From an uncultured Chloroflexia bacterium (GTDB lineage: Bacteria; Chloroflexota; Anaerolineae; JAAYZQ01), in contig CAVOXA010000009.1 of the NCBI GenBank assembly GCA_963700285.1, forward strand, positions 64,001 to 128,000: a stretch of DNA of 64,000 nt, in the 5' to 3' direction. Positions 29,961 to 38,916 of the stretch are shown here, in pieces (the stretch's first letter is position 1; every line of letters begins with the position of its first letter). The position numbers and the translations under genes were made by a program. The notes beneath the pieces are model-generated. The model did no database searches, had not been told where the DNA came from, and saw nothing but the letters and a program-made list of their open reading frames with translations.

Positions 29961-30877
29961 TGCGGATTGAGGTAATACCTCCACGTCTGGGCCAGGCCCT
30001 CACGCAAGCTGACCTCTGCCCGCCAGTTCAAGTCGCGCTTGGCCTTGTCACAGTTCAGATAGGAATGGCGCACATCGCCCGGCCGGCGCGGCCCATGCTG
30101 TGGTGTCACTGAACGGCCACTGACCTCCAGGAGCGTGCCGTAGAGTGTGTTGACACTGGTACCGATTCCGGTCCCGATGTTGTAGGCGTGGCCTGCTCCG
30201 GCTTCCAGGGCCAATACATTGGCGCGGGCGCAATCGCCCACATAACAAAAGTCCCGCGTCTGCTCGCCATCCCAGTGGATCGTGGGCGTCGCGCCATCAA
30301 GGAAACTCTGGCAAAAGATAGCCACTACGCCAGCCTCGCCAAAGGGGTCCTGGCGCGGGCCATAGATGTTGGCATAACGGAGGCTGATCCATTGAAGACC
30401 ATGCTCGAGTCCATAGACCTGCACATAGCGCTCTCCAGTGTGCTTGCTCAGGGCGTAGGGCGAGACCGGCTTGGCCGGATGTTCTTCGTCCTCTGGCAGG
30501 TACTCCGGGTCACCGTACATGGCCCCACCTGAGGAGATATAAATGAACTTGCGAACCTGCGCCTGGCGAGCTGCCTCCAGAAGGTTGACAGTGCCGAGAA
30601 TGTTCTGGGCGGCGTCAAAGACAGGGCGGCGGACCGAAACCGATACACTGGCGTTGGCCGCGTGGTGGTTTACCACGTCTGGTCGCCCGGTCAGAAAAAG
30701 GTCAGCCAGCTCCGGGTCGTTGATGCTCATTTCTACAAGCTCGGCGGCTGGATTGATCCGCTCGCGCTTGCCGGTGCTGAGATCATCTACCACAGTTACC
30801 TGGTGACCGGCATTGATATAGGCATCGACAACATGGGAGCCGATAAAGCCGGCTCCACCTGTGACAATAACCCTCAT
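29957..30877 (-). CDS. NAD-dependent epimerase (UDP-glucose 4-epimerase-like)
   Basis: VTGGAGFIGSH, PYALSK (YxxxK), LRYANIYGPRQ. Confidence 0.92.
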   Translation of the reverse strand: MRVIVTGGAGFIGSHVVDAYINAGHQVTVVDDLSTGKRERINPAAELVEMSINDPELADLFLTGRPDVVNHHAANASVSVSVRRPVFDAAQNILGTVNLLEAARQAQVRKFIYISSGGAMYGDPEYLPEDEEHPAKPVSPYALSKHTGERYVQVYGLEHGLQWISLRYANIYGPRQDPFGEAGVVAIFCQSFLDGATPTIHWDGEQTRDFCYVGDCARANVLALEAGAGHAYNIGTGIGTSVNTLYGTLLEVSGRSVTPQHGPRRPGDVRHSYLNCDKAKRDLNWRAEVSLREGLAQTWRYYLNPQ

Positions 30878-30994
30878 TGGTCTTGCTCCGCCTGATTTCT
30901 GTCTCCAGCTATTGTAGCACGGCTGTGGCAAAGGCTCAAGTTTGGCCGGCCGACGAATGCGTCAGATTATCGTGAACCACATCTATTTTCGGAC

Positions 30995-31023
30995 TTGACA
31001 GCGAACGAATGTTCTGGTATAAT
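30995..31023 (+). promoter_or_regulatory. lexA promoter with overlapping SOS box
   Basis: TTGACA-17bp-TATAAT; CGAAC-GAAT-GTTCT (GAAC-N4-GTTC) in the spacer at 31002-31015. Confidence 0.92.
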
Positions 31024-31161
31024 TATCCCGAACAAATGAGCTAATCGCGCCGTCAAACCGTGGTGCTGACCGGGAATCTCGTCGATATCTGTGTGACTGC
31101 ATCCGGATCTGCGACCAGAGCACTGACGGCACCGGTCCGACAGATGAAAGGAGACCGAACC

Positions 31162-31806
31162 ATGGCCAAGGAACTATCCGACCGTCAGAAACGAATGCTG
31201 GAGTTCATCCGGGAGTTTATCTTTGAGAACCAGTTTCCGCCCAGCATCCGCCAGATCGGGGAGGTGGTGGGAATCTCGTCGACCTCGGTGGTCAAGTACA
31301 ACCTAGATGCCCTGGAGCGCAAAGGCTATATCGAGCGCGATCGCGATATCTCGCGCGGGATCCGCATGGTTGAAGACCTGGCTGCTCGAATGGCCGAGGT
31401 GATCCACGTGCCGATGTTGGGGCGCATCGCCGCGGGCTCGCCCATACCAGTGCCAGACTCTGATTTCTCTCCATTTGGCTATGATACCACTGTCGAGCTG
31501 ACCCGGGACATCGTGAAGGATCCAAACAACACCTATGCCCTGGAGGTTCAGGGTGATTCGATGATCGATGCCCTCATTAATGATGGTGATATCGTACTAA
31601 TGCGACATCAGGAGAGGGTAGAGAACGGGGAGCTGGCTGCTGTCTGGGTGCGCAGCCAGGAAGAAACGACCCTCAAGCGTTTCTACCTGGAGGGCGACAA
31701 GGTCCGGCTCCAGCCGGCCAACCCCACGATGCAAGCAATGTTCTACCCGGCCCAGGACGTAGAAATCATGGGCAAAGTGCTGTGCGTCATCCGGCAGTTG
31801 CATTGA
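31162..31806 (+). CDS. lexA: LexA repressor
   Basis: wHTH (FPPSIRQIG..SSTSVV), IAAG cleavage site, GDSM catalytic Ser, TTLKR catalytic Lys. Confidence 0.96.
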   Translation: MAKELSDRQKRMLEFIREFIFENQFPPSIRQIGEVVGISSTSVVKYNLDALERKGYIERDRDISRGIRMVEDLAARMAEVIHVPMLGRIAAGSPIPVPDSDFSPFGYDTTVELTRDIVKDPNNTYALEVQGDSMIDALINDGDIVLMRHQERVENGELAAVWVRSQEETTLKRFYLEGDKVRLQPANPTMQAMFYPAQDVEIMGKVLCVIRQLH

Positions 31807-31949
31807 GCTGCCTGCCCCTGCAGTGGGCGGCCTCTGAACCATTCGACCTGAAGGGGCATGTGGAGGATTGTACCTGACCAAGTCGAGTGACGCGACGCCT
31901 CGATACTAGAACAGTAGGTTAAAATACCCGGACTTAACCCGGTTGTGAC

Positions 31950-31992
31950 TTGACGTAGAACGCATGTTCTGATATAATAGAACATGCGTTCT
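31950..31992 (+). promoter_or_regulatory. Promoter with two SOS boxes flanking the -10
   Basis: TTGACG-17bp-TATAAT; AGAAC-GCAT-GTTCT (31957-31970) and AGAAC-ATGC-GTTCT (31979-31992). Confidence 0.93.
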
Positions 31993-32020
31993 ATTATTCT
32001 GGAAAGGGGGGGGCTAGAGG

Positions 32021-32626
32021 ATGGGCAAGCGGCCAAAGAGTTTACAGGTTCTGGAGTTTGTGAAATCCTATGTGCGTGAGAATCGCTATCCACCGACCTT
32101 TGAGGAGATAAAGGTAGCCATCGGGCTCAGCAGCAAATCCCACGTTGACTACCATCTTCGGAGTCTGGAGGAGGGTGGATTCATCGAGCGATGGCCCTAT
32201 ACCCCTCGTGGGCTGCGATTGACTGGATCTGCGGCAGACACGTTCGAAGTCAAAGTGGAGGGCGCCATTGCCGCGGGACAGCCCCTTGAACTGGCGGATG
32301 GAGCGGGACAAGGGCTCGAGATTACCTCCGAACTTGCGGATCCTCGCAAAGACCTCTATGCCCTCCAGGTGCAGGGCGACTTTATGGTTGAAGACCTGGT
32401 AGCTGATGGGGATCTGCTCATCGTGGAGAGGCGGCAAGAGCCCACCCGCGGCAAGATGGCCGTCATCCATTTGCGGGATCGGAACGAAGCCACGCTGAAG
32501 CGAGCGTATCCGGAAGGGGAGCAGGTGCGATTGCAGCCTGCCCATCTTTCCATGTCGCCGATCTATGCGGATGCCAAGGACGTTCGCGTGCAGGGCCGGG
32601 TGGTCGCGGTCATCCGGCAGTTGTAG
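32021..32626 (+). CDS. LexA paralogue with catalytic Ser replaced by Phe
   Basis: YPPTFEEI..GLSSKSHV wHTH, IAAGQP, GDFM in place of GDSM (codon TTT at 32381-32383), ATLKR. Confidence 0.9.
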   Translation: MGKRPKSLQVLEFVKSYVRENRYPPTFEEIKVAIGLSSKSHVDYHLRSLEEGGFIERWPYTPRGLRLTGSAADTFEVKVEGAIAAGQPLELADGAGQGLEITSELADPRKDLYALQVQGDFMVEDLVADGDLLIVERRQEPTRGKMAVIHLRDRNEATLKRAYPEGEQVRLQPAHLSMSPIYADAKDVRVQGRVVAVIRQL

Positions 32627-32641
32627 CCTGGGAGGAGTATC

Positions 32642-33106
32642 ATGATTCGGAAGTTGTCGGCTGTGCGCAAATCCGAGCAGTTGGTTCCCGGTACGAGTCC
32701 CTGCGATCATCGCACGGTGTCCAAGGACGGCCGGATCATCTGCGCCAAGATCGTGGCAGGGGACAATGCCGTGTCCCCTGAGATCTGCTACGACTGCCCA
32801 GTTCGAGCTGTCAACTGTATGTACCTGAGCTTCTCACTGGAGAAGACCTCGCCCAGCCCCCTTGTCGTGCGGTTCAATGGGCGCACCGAGGTATGGAACG
32901 ACGATCCCCCGGAGATCCTTTTCGAGCAGGCTGCCTGTGCAACCCAGGTGATTCCTATACATGGCCCCCGGTCGTGTGCCGGATGTACGCTGCGCCGGCC
33001 CGTCAATGCCGCCGCTGCAAATCCAGCCCCTCGGAAACGCCGGGCAGCAGTGGCAGGTAAGGTGGTACCCTTCCCAGGTCGCCGTGCAGCAGCGGCCGCG
33101 GGCTAG
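32642..33106 (+). CDS. Cys-rich hypothetical protein (8 Cys, two CxxC)
   Basis: GGAGGAG RBS, tight operon spacing. Confidence 0.8.
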   Translation: MIRKLSAVRKSEQLVPGTSPCDHRTVSKDGRIICAKIVAGDNAVSPEICYDCPVRAVNCMYLSFSLEKTSPSPLVVRFNGRTEVWNDDPPEILFEQAACATQVIPIHGPRSCAGCTLRRPVNAAAANPAPRKRRAAVAGKVVPFPGRRAAAAAG

Positions 33107-33126
33107 GCCAGGAGGGAGATACGCTG

Positions 33127-34284
33127 ATGAAGCAGATCTTGCATTACCAGGCGGACCGCATCGAACTGGTGCTGGCCAGCCACAAGGTTCCGGGACGGGT
33201 CACCGGCGGCAAGGTCACACCGAGGATGGTACGCTACGACTTGAGCACACCCCTCGGGGTCAGGGTCAGGCAGGTGGCCAGCCTGGCCGAGGAACTGGCC
33301 CTCAGCCTGGGGGCGACTTCCTGCAGAGTATACCGTGAGGACGGCCGGGTACAGGTGGAGGTACCTCGCAGCGATGGGCAGGTGGTGAGGTTGTGGGACG
33401 TGTGTAGTCGCTTGGCAGCGCACAGGCCCAGGGCGGGAAGGCCCAGTACGGTGCCCCCGGTGACAGCAGTGCTCGGGCTGGATGGAGACGGGGTACCCAT
33501 GCTGCTCTGCCTTCCCAGCCCCAACGTCGCCCATGTGCTGCTGGCCGGCACCACCGGCTCGGGCAAGACGGCGCTGGCGCGGGCGATGATTGCCTCGCTG
33601 GCGGCATACAACAGCCAGCGACAGCTACAGTTTGTGCTGGTGGACCCCAAGGGAAGGGGTCTGATGCCTTTCGCAGGACTGCCGCATATGCTGGGACCGG
33701 TTGTGACGCGGGTGGACGAGGCGGTGGTGGTGCTGGACCGTCTGGTGGCGGAGATGGAGCAGCGGGACCTGGAAGGTCGCTCGGAGCCGAGGGTCGTGAT
33801 CGTGCTGGACGAGCTGGCGGACCTGATTCAGGTGGGCGGCCGGGCAGTGGAGGGCGCAGTGACGCGGCTGACCCAACGTGGCCGTGAGGCGGGGCTGCAT
33901 GTAGTGGCCTGCACCCAAAAGCCAGCAGCCTCGGCCATTGGCAGCCTGGTCAAGAGCAACTTTCCAGTGCGGCTGGTGGGCAGCGTGGCGAGCCCTGAGG
34001 ATGCCAAGGTAGCGACGGGACTGGCCGGGACAGGTGCGGAGCGGTTGATGGGCCAGGGGGATTTTGTGGTCGTGGCCAAGGGACAGGTGACACGGATGCA
34101 AGCAGCGTACATCGATGAGGGGCAGGTGCGAGAACTGGTGGTGAACCTGGAGAAGGGTTCGCGGCCAGGTCTGAATGCAGGGCCGCATCCAGGTGAGATG
34201 CTGCGATTGCCTGCAGCGACGGGCACAGATGGCTTGCGCCAGCGCGCCCAGAGATTGAGCGGGCACCTGAGACGCGTCAAGTAG
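33127..34284 (+). CDS. FtsK/SpoIIIE-family ATPase; alpha and beta motor domains only, no TM or gamma domain
   Basis: Alpha-domain-like N-terminus (EELALSLG..VEVP), HVLLAGTTGSGKT, LVDPK, IVLDELADL, GREAGLH..TQKP, AERLMGQGD. Confidence 0.92.
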   Translation: MKQILHYQADRIELVLASHKVPGRVTGGKVTPRMVRYDLSTPLGVRVRQVASLAEELALSLGATSCRVYREDGRVQVEVPRSDGQVVRLWDVCSRLAAHRPRAGRPSTVPPVTAVLGLDGDGVPMLLCLPSPNVAHVLLAGTTGSGKTALARAMIASLAAYNSQRQLQFVLVDPKGRGLMPFAGLPHMLGPVVTRVDEAVVVLDRLVAEMEQRDLEGRSEPRVVIVLDELADLIQVGGRAVEGAVTRLTQRGREAGLHVVACTQKPAASAIGSLVKSNFPVRLVGSVASPEDAKVATGLAGTGAERLMGQGDFVVVAKGQVTRMQAAYIDEGQVRELVVNLEKGSRPGLNAGPHPGEMLRLPAATGTDGLRQRAQRLSGHLRRVK

Positions 34285-34545
34285 TGAATGATGGAGGGCT
34301 ACAGGGTGACGGACTTGAGGTTTTGCAGCAACAAAGCAAGCAGTAACAGGGCTGCGAAAGGGTGTGGCTCCTTGCGCGGAGAGGCGATGGCAGACGGATA
34401 CGACCAATCCTTGGTTGACGCGATGCGGTCGGCAAGTGTGGCCTTTGGGGCGGCCCTCCCCGGCGCCGGGAACAGGTGTGAGATCCAGCCTATGAGTTCG
34501 GGGTATGCGCGGGAAGTGGACAGTCAGAGGTGGAGGTAATAGGCA

Positions 34546-34968
34546 ATGGATTGGGATGACCGTGGGAAGGACTCGGGTAGGTTCGGCACTGGCGTCAGGC
34601 AGGTAGCCATTGTACTGGGTACCGTATTTGCCGCGACGCTGGCCGTGGTTGTTGGCAAGCAGATGAGTTCTGAAGCGATGGCGGTGGTTGTTGGCGTTGT
34701 ATGTGGTGTAGCAGCGGGTATCCCCACCTCGTTGCTTTTGCTGGTGGTACTGACCCGGAAGGAGCAAAAGCGAGTGGATGACGTGCAGCGAGTGAGGCAG
34801 GGCAACTATCCGCCGGTGGTGGTCGTGCAAGGGGGTGGCGGAACTCATGGGCTGCCACAGGTACCGCAGGCGGGGTATTGGCCGTCACCGATGCCGGGCC
34901 CCTCGGTGGATCGACAGTTTCAGGTGGTGGGCGGGGATGGTCTATTGCTGGACGATCTAAGGTACTAG
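34546..34968 (+). CDS. Hypothetical 2-TM membrane protein
   Basis: GGAGG RBS; two hydrophobic segments and a YPPVVVV/Pro-rich tail. Confidence 0.8.
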   Translation: MDWDDRGKDSGRFGTGVRQVAIVLGTVFAATLAVVVGKQMSSEAMAVVVGVVCGVAAGIPTSLLLLVVLTRKEQKRVDDVQRVRQGNYPPVVVVQGGGGTHGLPQVPQAGYWPSPMPGPSVDRQFQVVGGDGLLLDDLRY

Positions 34969-35007
34969 GTTCACTGGCGCAGCACAATCAGCGAGGTTTG
35001 GAGGTGA

Positions 35008-35310
35008 ATGGTGAGTTGGAAGCTCTACGAGGAATCAGTTGAGATGCAGGGACTGCGGTACCACTTTTTGCCGCAGCTTTTCCGTTGGCGCGGGCGTTAT
35101 CATGAGGTAGACAGCGTGGATCGCTGTTGGACGGTGTCGCGGCGGAGAAGGGGAGGCCGCATGCAGCGTCGCTATTTCCAGGTACAGTGTGGAGAGGGGG
35201 TTTTTGAGTTGTACCAGGATCTTCTTACGGGTACTTGGCACCTACGGCGGGCTATGCTGGCACCAGCGCGGGCTTTTGTGGTGCGACGCTATGCCCCGGC
35301 GTGGCGATAG
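35008..35310 (+). CDS. DUF6504-like protein
   Basis: PQLFRWRGRYHEV..RRYFQV..FELYQD..TWHL pattern; GGAGG RBS. Confidence 0.7.
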   Translation: MVSWKLYEESVEMQGLRYHFLPQLFRWRGRYHEVDSVDRCWTVSRRRRGGRMQRRYFQVQCGEGVFELYQDLLTGTWHLRRAMLAPARAFVVRRYAPAWR

Positions 35311-35337
35311 AAGAGGCATGGGGATTGGAGGGCAGCC

Positions 35338-35637
35338 GTGAAAATGGAGATTGGATTGCTGTGGTACGATGATGACCCCCGGCGGAGGCTGGAAGACAAG
35401 GTGGAGCGAGCAGCGCAGCGCTACCTTGAGAAACATGGCCGATGGCCGAACACCTGCTACGTTCATTCACAGGTAGTGCTTTCTCAGGCAGAGAAGAAGC
35501 CCTATGTGATGTGTGGTTCAGTGGAGCCCCAGGACAAGATCCGCCTGGTTTCGGCGCCAAATATCCTGATGCATCACTATTGGCTGGGGGAGAGCTCCGG
35601 GAATATGGAGCGTAAGACGAGACAAGGTACCAGCTAG
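35338..35637 (+). CDS. Small hypothetical protein
   Basis: GLLWYDDD..KVERAAQRY..PNTCYVH..HHYWLG; RBS present; last gene before convergent holA. Confidence 0.75.
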   Translation: MKMEIGLLWYDDDPRRRLEDKVERAAQRYLEKHGRWPNTCYVHSQVVLSQAEKKPYVMCGSVEPQDKIRLVSAPNILMHHYWLGESSGNMERKTRQGTS

Positions 35638-35647
35638 CCTGTCTTTG

Positions 35648-36682
35648 TCAGGAGCGGCTGCGCGACAGGTCTACGACGAGCAGATCCAAAGCCAGGACAT
35701 CCTCCGTTTTTCCTGTCTTGATGGACCAGTCGGCTTCAACTAGGCGCCGATGTGCTTCTTGCAGTTGTGCCTTATCAAAGTTCTGGATCTGAGCGAGCCC
35801 TTTTTTCGTCACGAAGGGATGGAGCTTGAGCCGGGTGGCAATCTCCCTTTCGTTGAGCCCCTGACCTTGCAGTTCGCTGATCTGCATTAGGATTCGTATC
35901 TGGCGGGCTATCATGGACAGCAGGTAGAGGGGGGCTGCCAGATCATCCAGCATGCGGTGGAGTAGGAGCAGCGCACGGTCGGTCTGGCAAAGACCTATCG
36001 AATCCACGAGGTCAAAGATGCTGGCCTCGCGCGCACGGCTTACTAGTGTCTTGACGTCAGTGGCAGTAATCTGCTTCCCGTCGGTGTAGAGCAGAAGCTT
36101 TTCGATCTCCTGATCGAGGAGCCGAAGGTCGCCCCCCACTAGCGCAGCCAACATGACGACAGCCTCATGGCTGATTTCCCCCTGCTTGTCCCAGGTCCGA
36201 CGACGGATCCAGTTGGGCAGGTCGCCATCCTTTGGCAGCGCAAAAGCCTTGACAAAAGCCCCATTGGGCTCTCCCGTGGCTTTGGCCAGTTTGAGGATGG
36301 GGTTGCTTGCCGGCAGTACCCTGGTTTCTACAAAGATGAGACGCGTCGTTGGAGGCAGGGTTGGCAGATAGTCGCAGAGTTCCGACAAAAACTCACGCTT
36401 CCAGGCTGGCTCCTCATCAGAATCGGGCTCTGCGCCTTTCTTTGCCCGGCGGCCGCTCGCTAGCCGGCCTAGGAGCCCGTAGACAATCACCAGTCGCCTG
36501 TCAGCCATGAAGGGGATGGTGTCACAGGCATGGCGGAGTTCGCCCGCGGTAATCTTGCGGCCATCCAGGATATTGGTGTTGAGATCGGCCATGGCCGGAT
36601 CACGCTCGGCCAGCTTTTCCCGCAACTGGGCCACGGCCTCGGCCCGGCCGAATTCATCCTCACCGTGAAAGATATAGTACAC
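35648..36682 (-). CDS. holA: DNA polymerase III delta subunit
   Basis: YIFHGEDEF, TIPFMADRRLVIV, LDQEIEKL, IFDLVD, LHPFV, ADWSIKTG. Confidence 0.93.
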   Translation of the reverse strand: MYYIFHGEDEFGRAEAVAQLREKLAERDPAMADLNTNILDGRKITAGELRHACDTIPFMADRRLVIVYGLLGRLASGRRAKKGAEPDSDEEPAWKREFLSELCDYLPTLPPTTRLIFVETRVLPASNPILKLAKATGEPNGAFVKAFALPKDGDLPNWIRRRTWDKQGEISHEAVVMLAALVGGDLRLLDQEIEKLLLYTDGKQITATDVKTLVSRAREASIFDLVDSIGLCQTDRALLLLHRMLDDLAAPLYLLSMIARQIRILMQISELQGQGLNEREIATRLKLHPFVTKKGLAQIQNFDKAQLQEAHRRLVEADWSIKTGKTEDVLALDLLVVDLSRSRS

Positions 36683-36685
36683 CGG

Positions 36686-37174
36686 TCATTCCCGTCCTGT
36701 CGTGACCTTGTGGGTGGTGAGCTTTCCCCGTTCCTGACGTTTAATGTTAGCGATGTACAGGCCATCAATTTCTGGCGTGGTGGTAATGTGCTCCTGGATG
36801 CTCTGAGCGACTGGCTGGGCCACAATGGCGGCCAGGGTGGCTGCGGTCAGAGCAATCGGAAGGCGGTCCAGTTTGCTGCGAGGGCGGCCCAAGGTCGCAC
36901 CGAAGGCAGCGACGCCGGCAAAGATGCCGGTGACGGCCAGATTGGTTCCACAGCGCGGATGGACTGCCAAGTGGACCTCGCCCTGCTGCAGGCGGACCAG
37001 GGCTTCGCTGACTGCGCCAGCAATCTCTTCAGTGCTCACAGCGCCAATGATGACAAAACCCGATAACGCGCTACGTCCCAACAAGCGCACGTACGGGTGG
37101 CGCTGGCTGAGCACATGCATGGTGGCATGCTCTAGCGCGTGGTTCTGACGAACGTTATTGAGGATGTCCAGCAT
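36686..37174 (-). CDS. DUF6391-like hypothetical protein
   Basis: RQNHALEHAT and LAVHPRCGTN motifs; translationally coupled region with holA. Confidence 0.75.
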   Translation of the reverse strand: MLDILNNVRQNHALEHATMHVLSQRHPYVRLLGRSALSGFVIIGAVSTEEIAGAVSEALVRLQQGEVHLAVHPRCGTNLAVTGIFAGVAAFGATLGRPRSKLDRLPIALTAATLAAIVAQPVAQSIQEHITTTPEIDGLYIANIKRQERGKLTTHKVTTGRE

Positions 37175-37480
37175 GTAGGTTCCGGATCCTTTCGCCAAAG
37201 TTTGTGCGACTCTTGGTAGACCGCAACCAGGACTCGCGATGGTGGCTCTAGCGCCCAGAAGCGTCAAGTGTGCGCAATGAATCGGGTGACTGCAGTCTAG
37301 CAATTATAGCATAGGTCAAGACTTGGGGCAATCCGATCGTGTCCAGAATTGCCCACAGCAGGTCCAGGCCTCCGCGGTTTTCCCCAAAAGCGGGCTGGGG
37401 CCGAGATGCAAGGATCCCAAAGTCACGGAAACGTACTCGGACTCCAACCAATGCCGGAATTTGTGGCAATTCTCCCGGGC

Positions 37481-37509
37481 TTGACGAAATGGACAATTGG
37501 GGGTAAGAT
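37481..37509 (+). promoter_or_regulatory. sigma70-type promoter
   Basis: TTGACG-17bp-TAAGAT upstream of the amidase. Confidence 0.6.
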
Positions 37510-37539
37510 TGCCCCTGTATACTCTCAGGTGAGGGAGAC

Positions 37540-38316
37540 TTGATCGGCAAAAGGATAGGCACAATCGGGCTCTTTGTTGTTGCCTTTGTGCTGGGCATTG
37601 CCTACGTGCTGTGGTTGGCGTCTGATACCAACATCGATTCAGAGGCAGCTACTGTTCCGGCGACAGCCGACCGCATTGCGGTTGGTCCGACCCGTACCTT
37701 GCGCCCAACCAGCACCCCTAGTCCTACCGAGACACCCGTACCTTCACCTTCACCATTACCCTCACCATCACCGGACCTCACGCTTCCCAGTGCCAAGATC
37801 GGGATCGTAGCCGGTCATTGGCAGAACGATGTAGGAGCGGTCTGTCCTGACGGGCTGAAGGAGGTACGCATCAACCTGGATGTCGGGTCCCAGGTTGTAT
37901 CTATCCTGCAGGATGAGGGCTATCGTGCCGAGCTTCTGCCCGAATTCTCAGAGAGGCTCGATGGCTACGAGGCGGATGCATTCGTGTCGATCCATGCAGA
38001 TTCCTGCAGCGTGTTGGATGTTTCTGGTTTCAAGGTGGCCCGGGTGGCCTCGAGCGCGATCCCGGAGGAAGATGACCGTCTGGTCGCTTGCTTGACCAGG
38101 GAGTATGGACAGGGGACCGGCCTTCCTTTTCACAAGAATAGCATCACTTTCGATATGACCGAGTATCATGCCTTCAAGGAGATCGACCCCCAGACGCCGG
38201 GAGCCATCATAGAGTTGGGTTTTATGGGAGCTGACAGAGAGTTGCTGACGGAACACAGTTCGCAAGTGGCGCAGGCCCTTGTGAAGGGGATCCTCTGCTT
38301 CCTGGAAGGCGAATGA
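37540..38316 (+). CDS. N-acetylmuramoyl-L-alanine amidase (Amidase_3), membrane-anchored
   Basis: N-terminal TM, PT linker, IVAGH..E, FVSIHAD, IIELGF. Confidence 0.88.
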   Translation: MIGKRIGTIGLFVVAFVLGIAYVLWLASDTNIDSEAATVPATADRIAVGPTRTLRPTSTPSPTETPVPSPSPLPSPSPDLTLPSAKIGIVAGHWQNDVGAVCPDGLKEVRINLDVGSQVVSILQDEGYRAELLPEFSERLDGYEADAFVSIHADSCSVLDVSGFKVARVASSAIPEEDDRLVACLTREYGQGTGLPFHKNSITFDMTEYHAFKEIDPQTPGAIIELGFMGADRELLTEHSSQVAQALVKGILCFLEGE

Positions 38317-38439
38317 ATGCCCCCTTGAGGGTGTCTGGATCTTGTCTATGACCATCTATATTGAGGATGTCCCATCTTTTTGCTTGTATGATGAACGGGG
38401 CTGTCAGGCCACTTTTGTTAGATCTGGGGTCTTTGTGCC

Positions 38440-38811
38440 ATGAGTTCCAGTCGCGATCAGTTTGAGATGTTGGTGGCTGAGGCCCTGGATAGTCTGCCCG
38501 ACGAGATAGCGACATGGCTTGACAACGTGGTAGTCGTTGTGGGTGAGCGGCCAACCCCTGAGCAGTTGGCCCAGGCAGGGCTGGACCCTGGCGACCTTCT
38601 GTTTGGACTATACGTGGGCGTGCCCAAAACCCGGCGCGGCTTTACCTACGGTGAAATTGTGCCCGACAAGATTGTGATCTATCGGCAAGCCATCGAGCAG
38701 GTCTGCCGCACGCCAGCCCAGATACGGGAGTGTGTGCGAAAGACAGTGCTCCATGAAATTGGTCACCATTTTGGGATGGACGAGGATCAATTGCGTGCGG
38801 CGGGCGTGTGA
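38440..38811 (+). CDS. Zincin-like minimal metallopeptidase
   Basis: LFGLYVGVP, PDKIVIY, TVLHEIGHHFG. Confidence 0.9.
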   Translation: MSSSRDQFEMLVAEALDSLPDEIATWLDNVVVVVGERPTPEQLAQAGLDPGDLLFGLYVGVPKTRRGFTYGEIVPDKIVIYRQAIEQVCRTPAQIRECVRKTVLHEIGHHFGMDEDQLRAAGV

Positions 38812-38916
38812 GATAGCAACTTGCCTCCGAGCACACACGCCTTTTGAGGCGCTCGGCCTGGTTGGGGGCTGCCTCGCCCCCGCTCGGGTGTGGCCAGGGA
38901 GCGGGATGGGGTTTCC

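Noticed and set aside
32006-32013. G8 tract before the lexA paralogue as a phase-variation switch (also G9 at 17941-17949)
   Set aside because: Short homopolymers in a GC-rich genome; no evidence of length variation from a single sequence
31060-35637. Prophage immunity region (CI/Cro)
   Set aside because: The two repressors are tandem rather than divergent, both are LexA-type with host SOS boxes, and no phage replication or structural genes are adjacent
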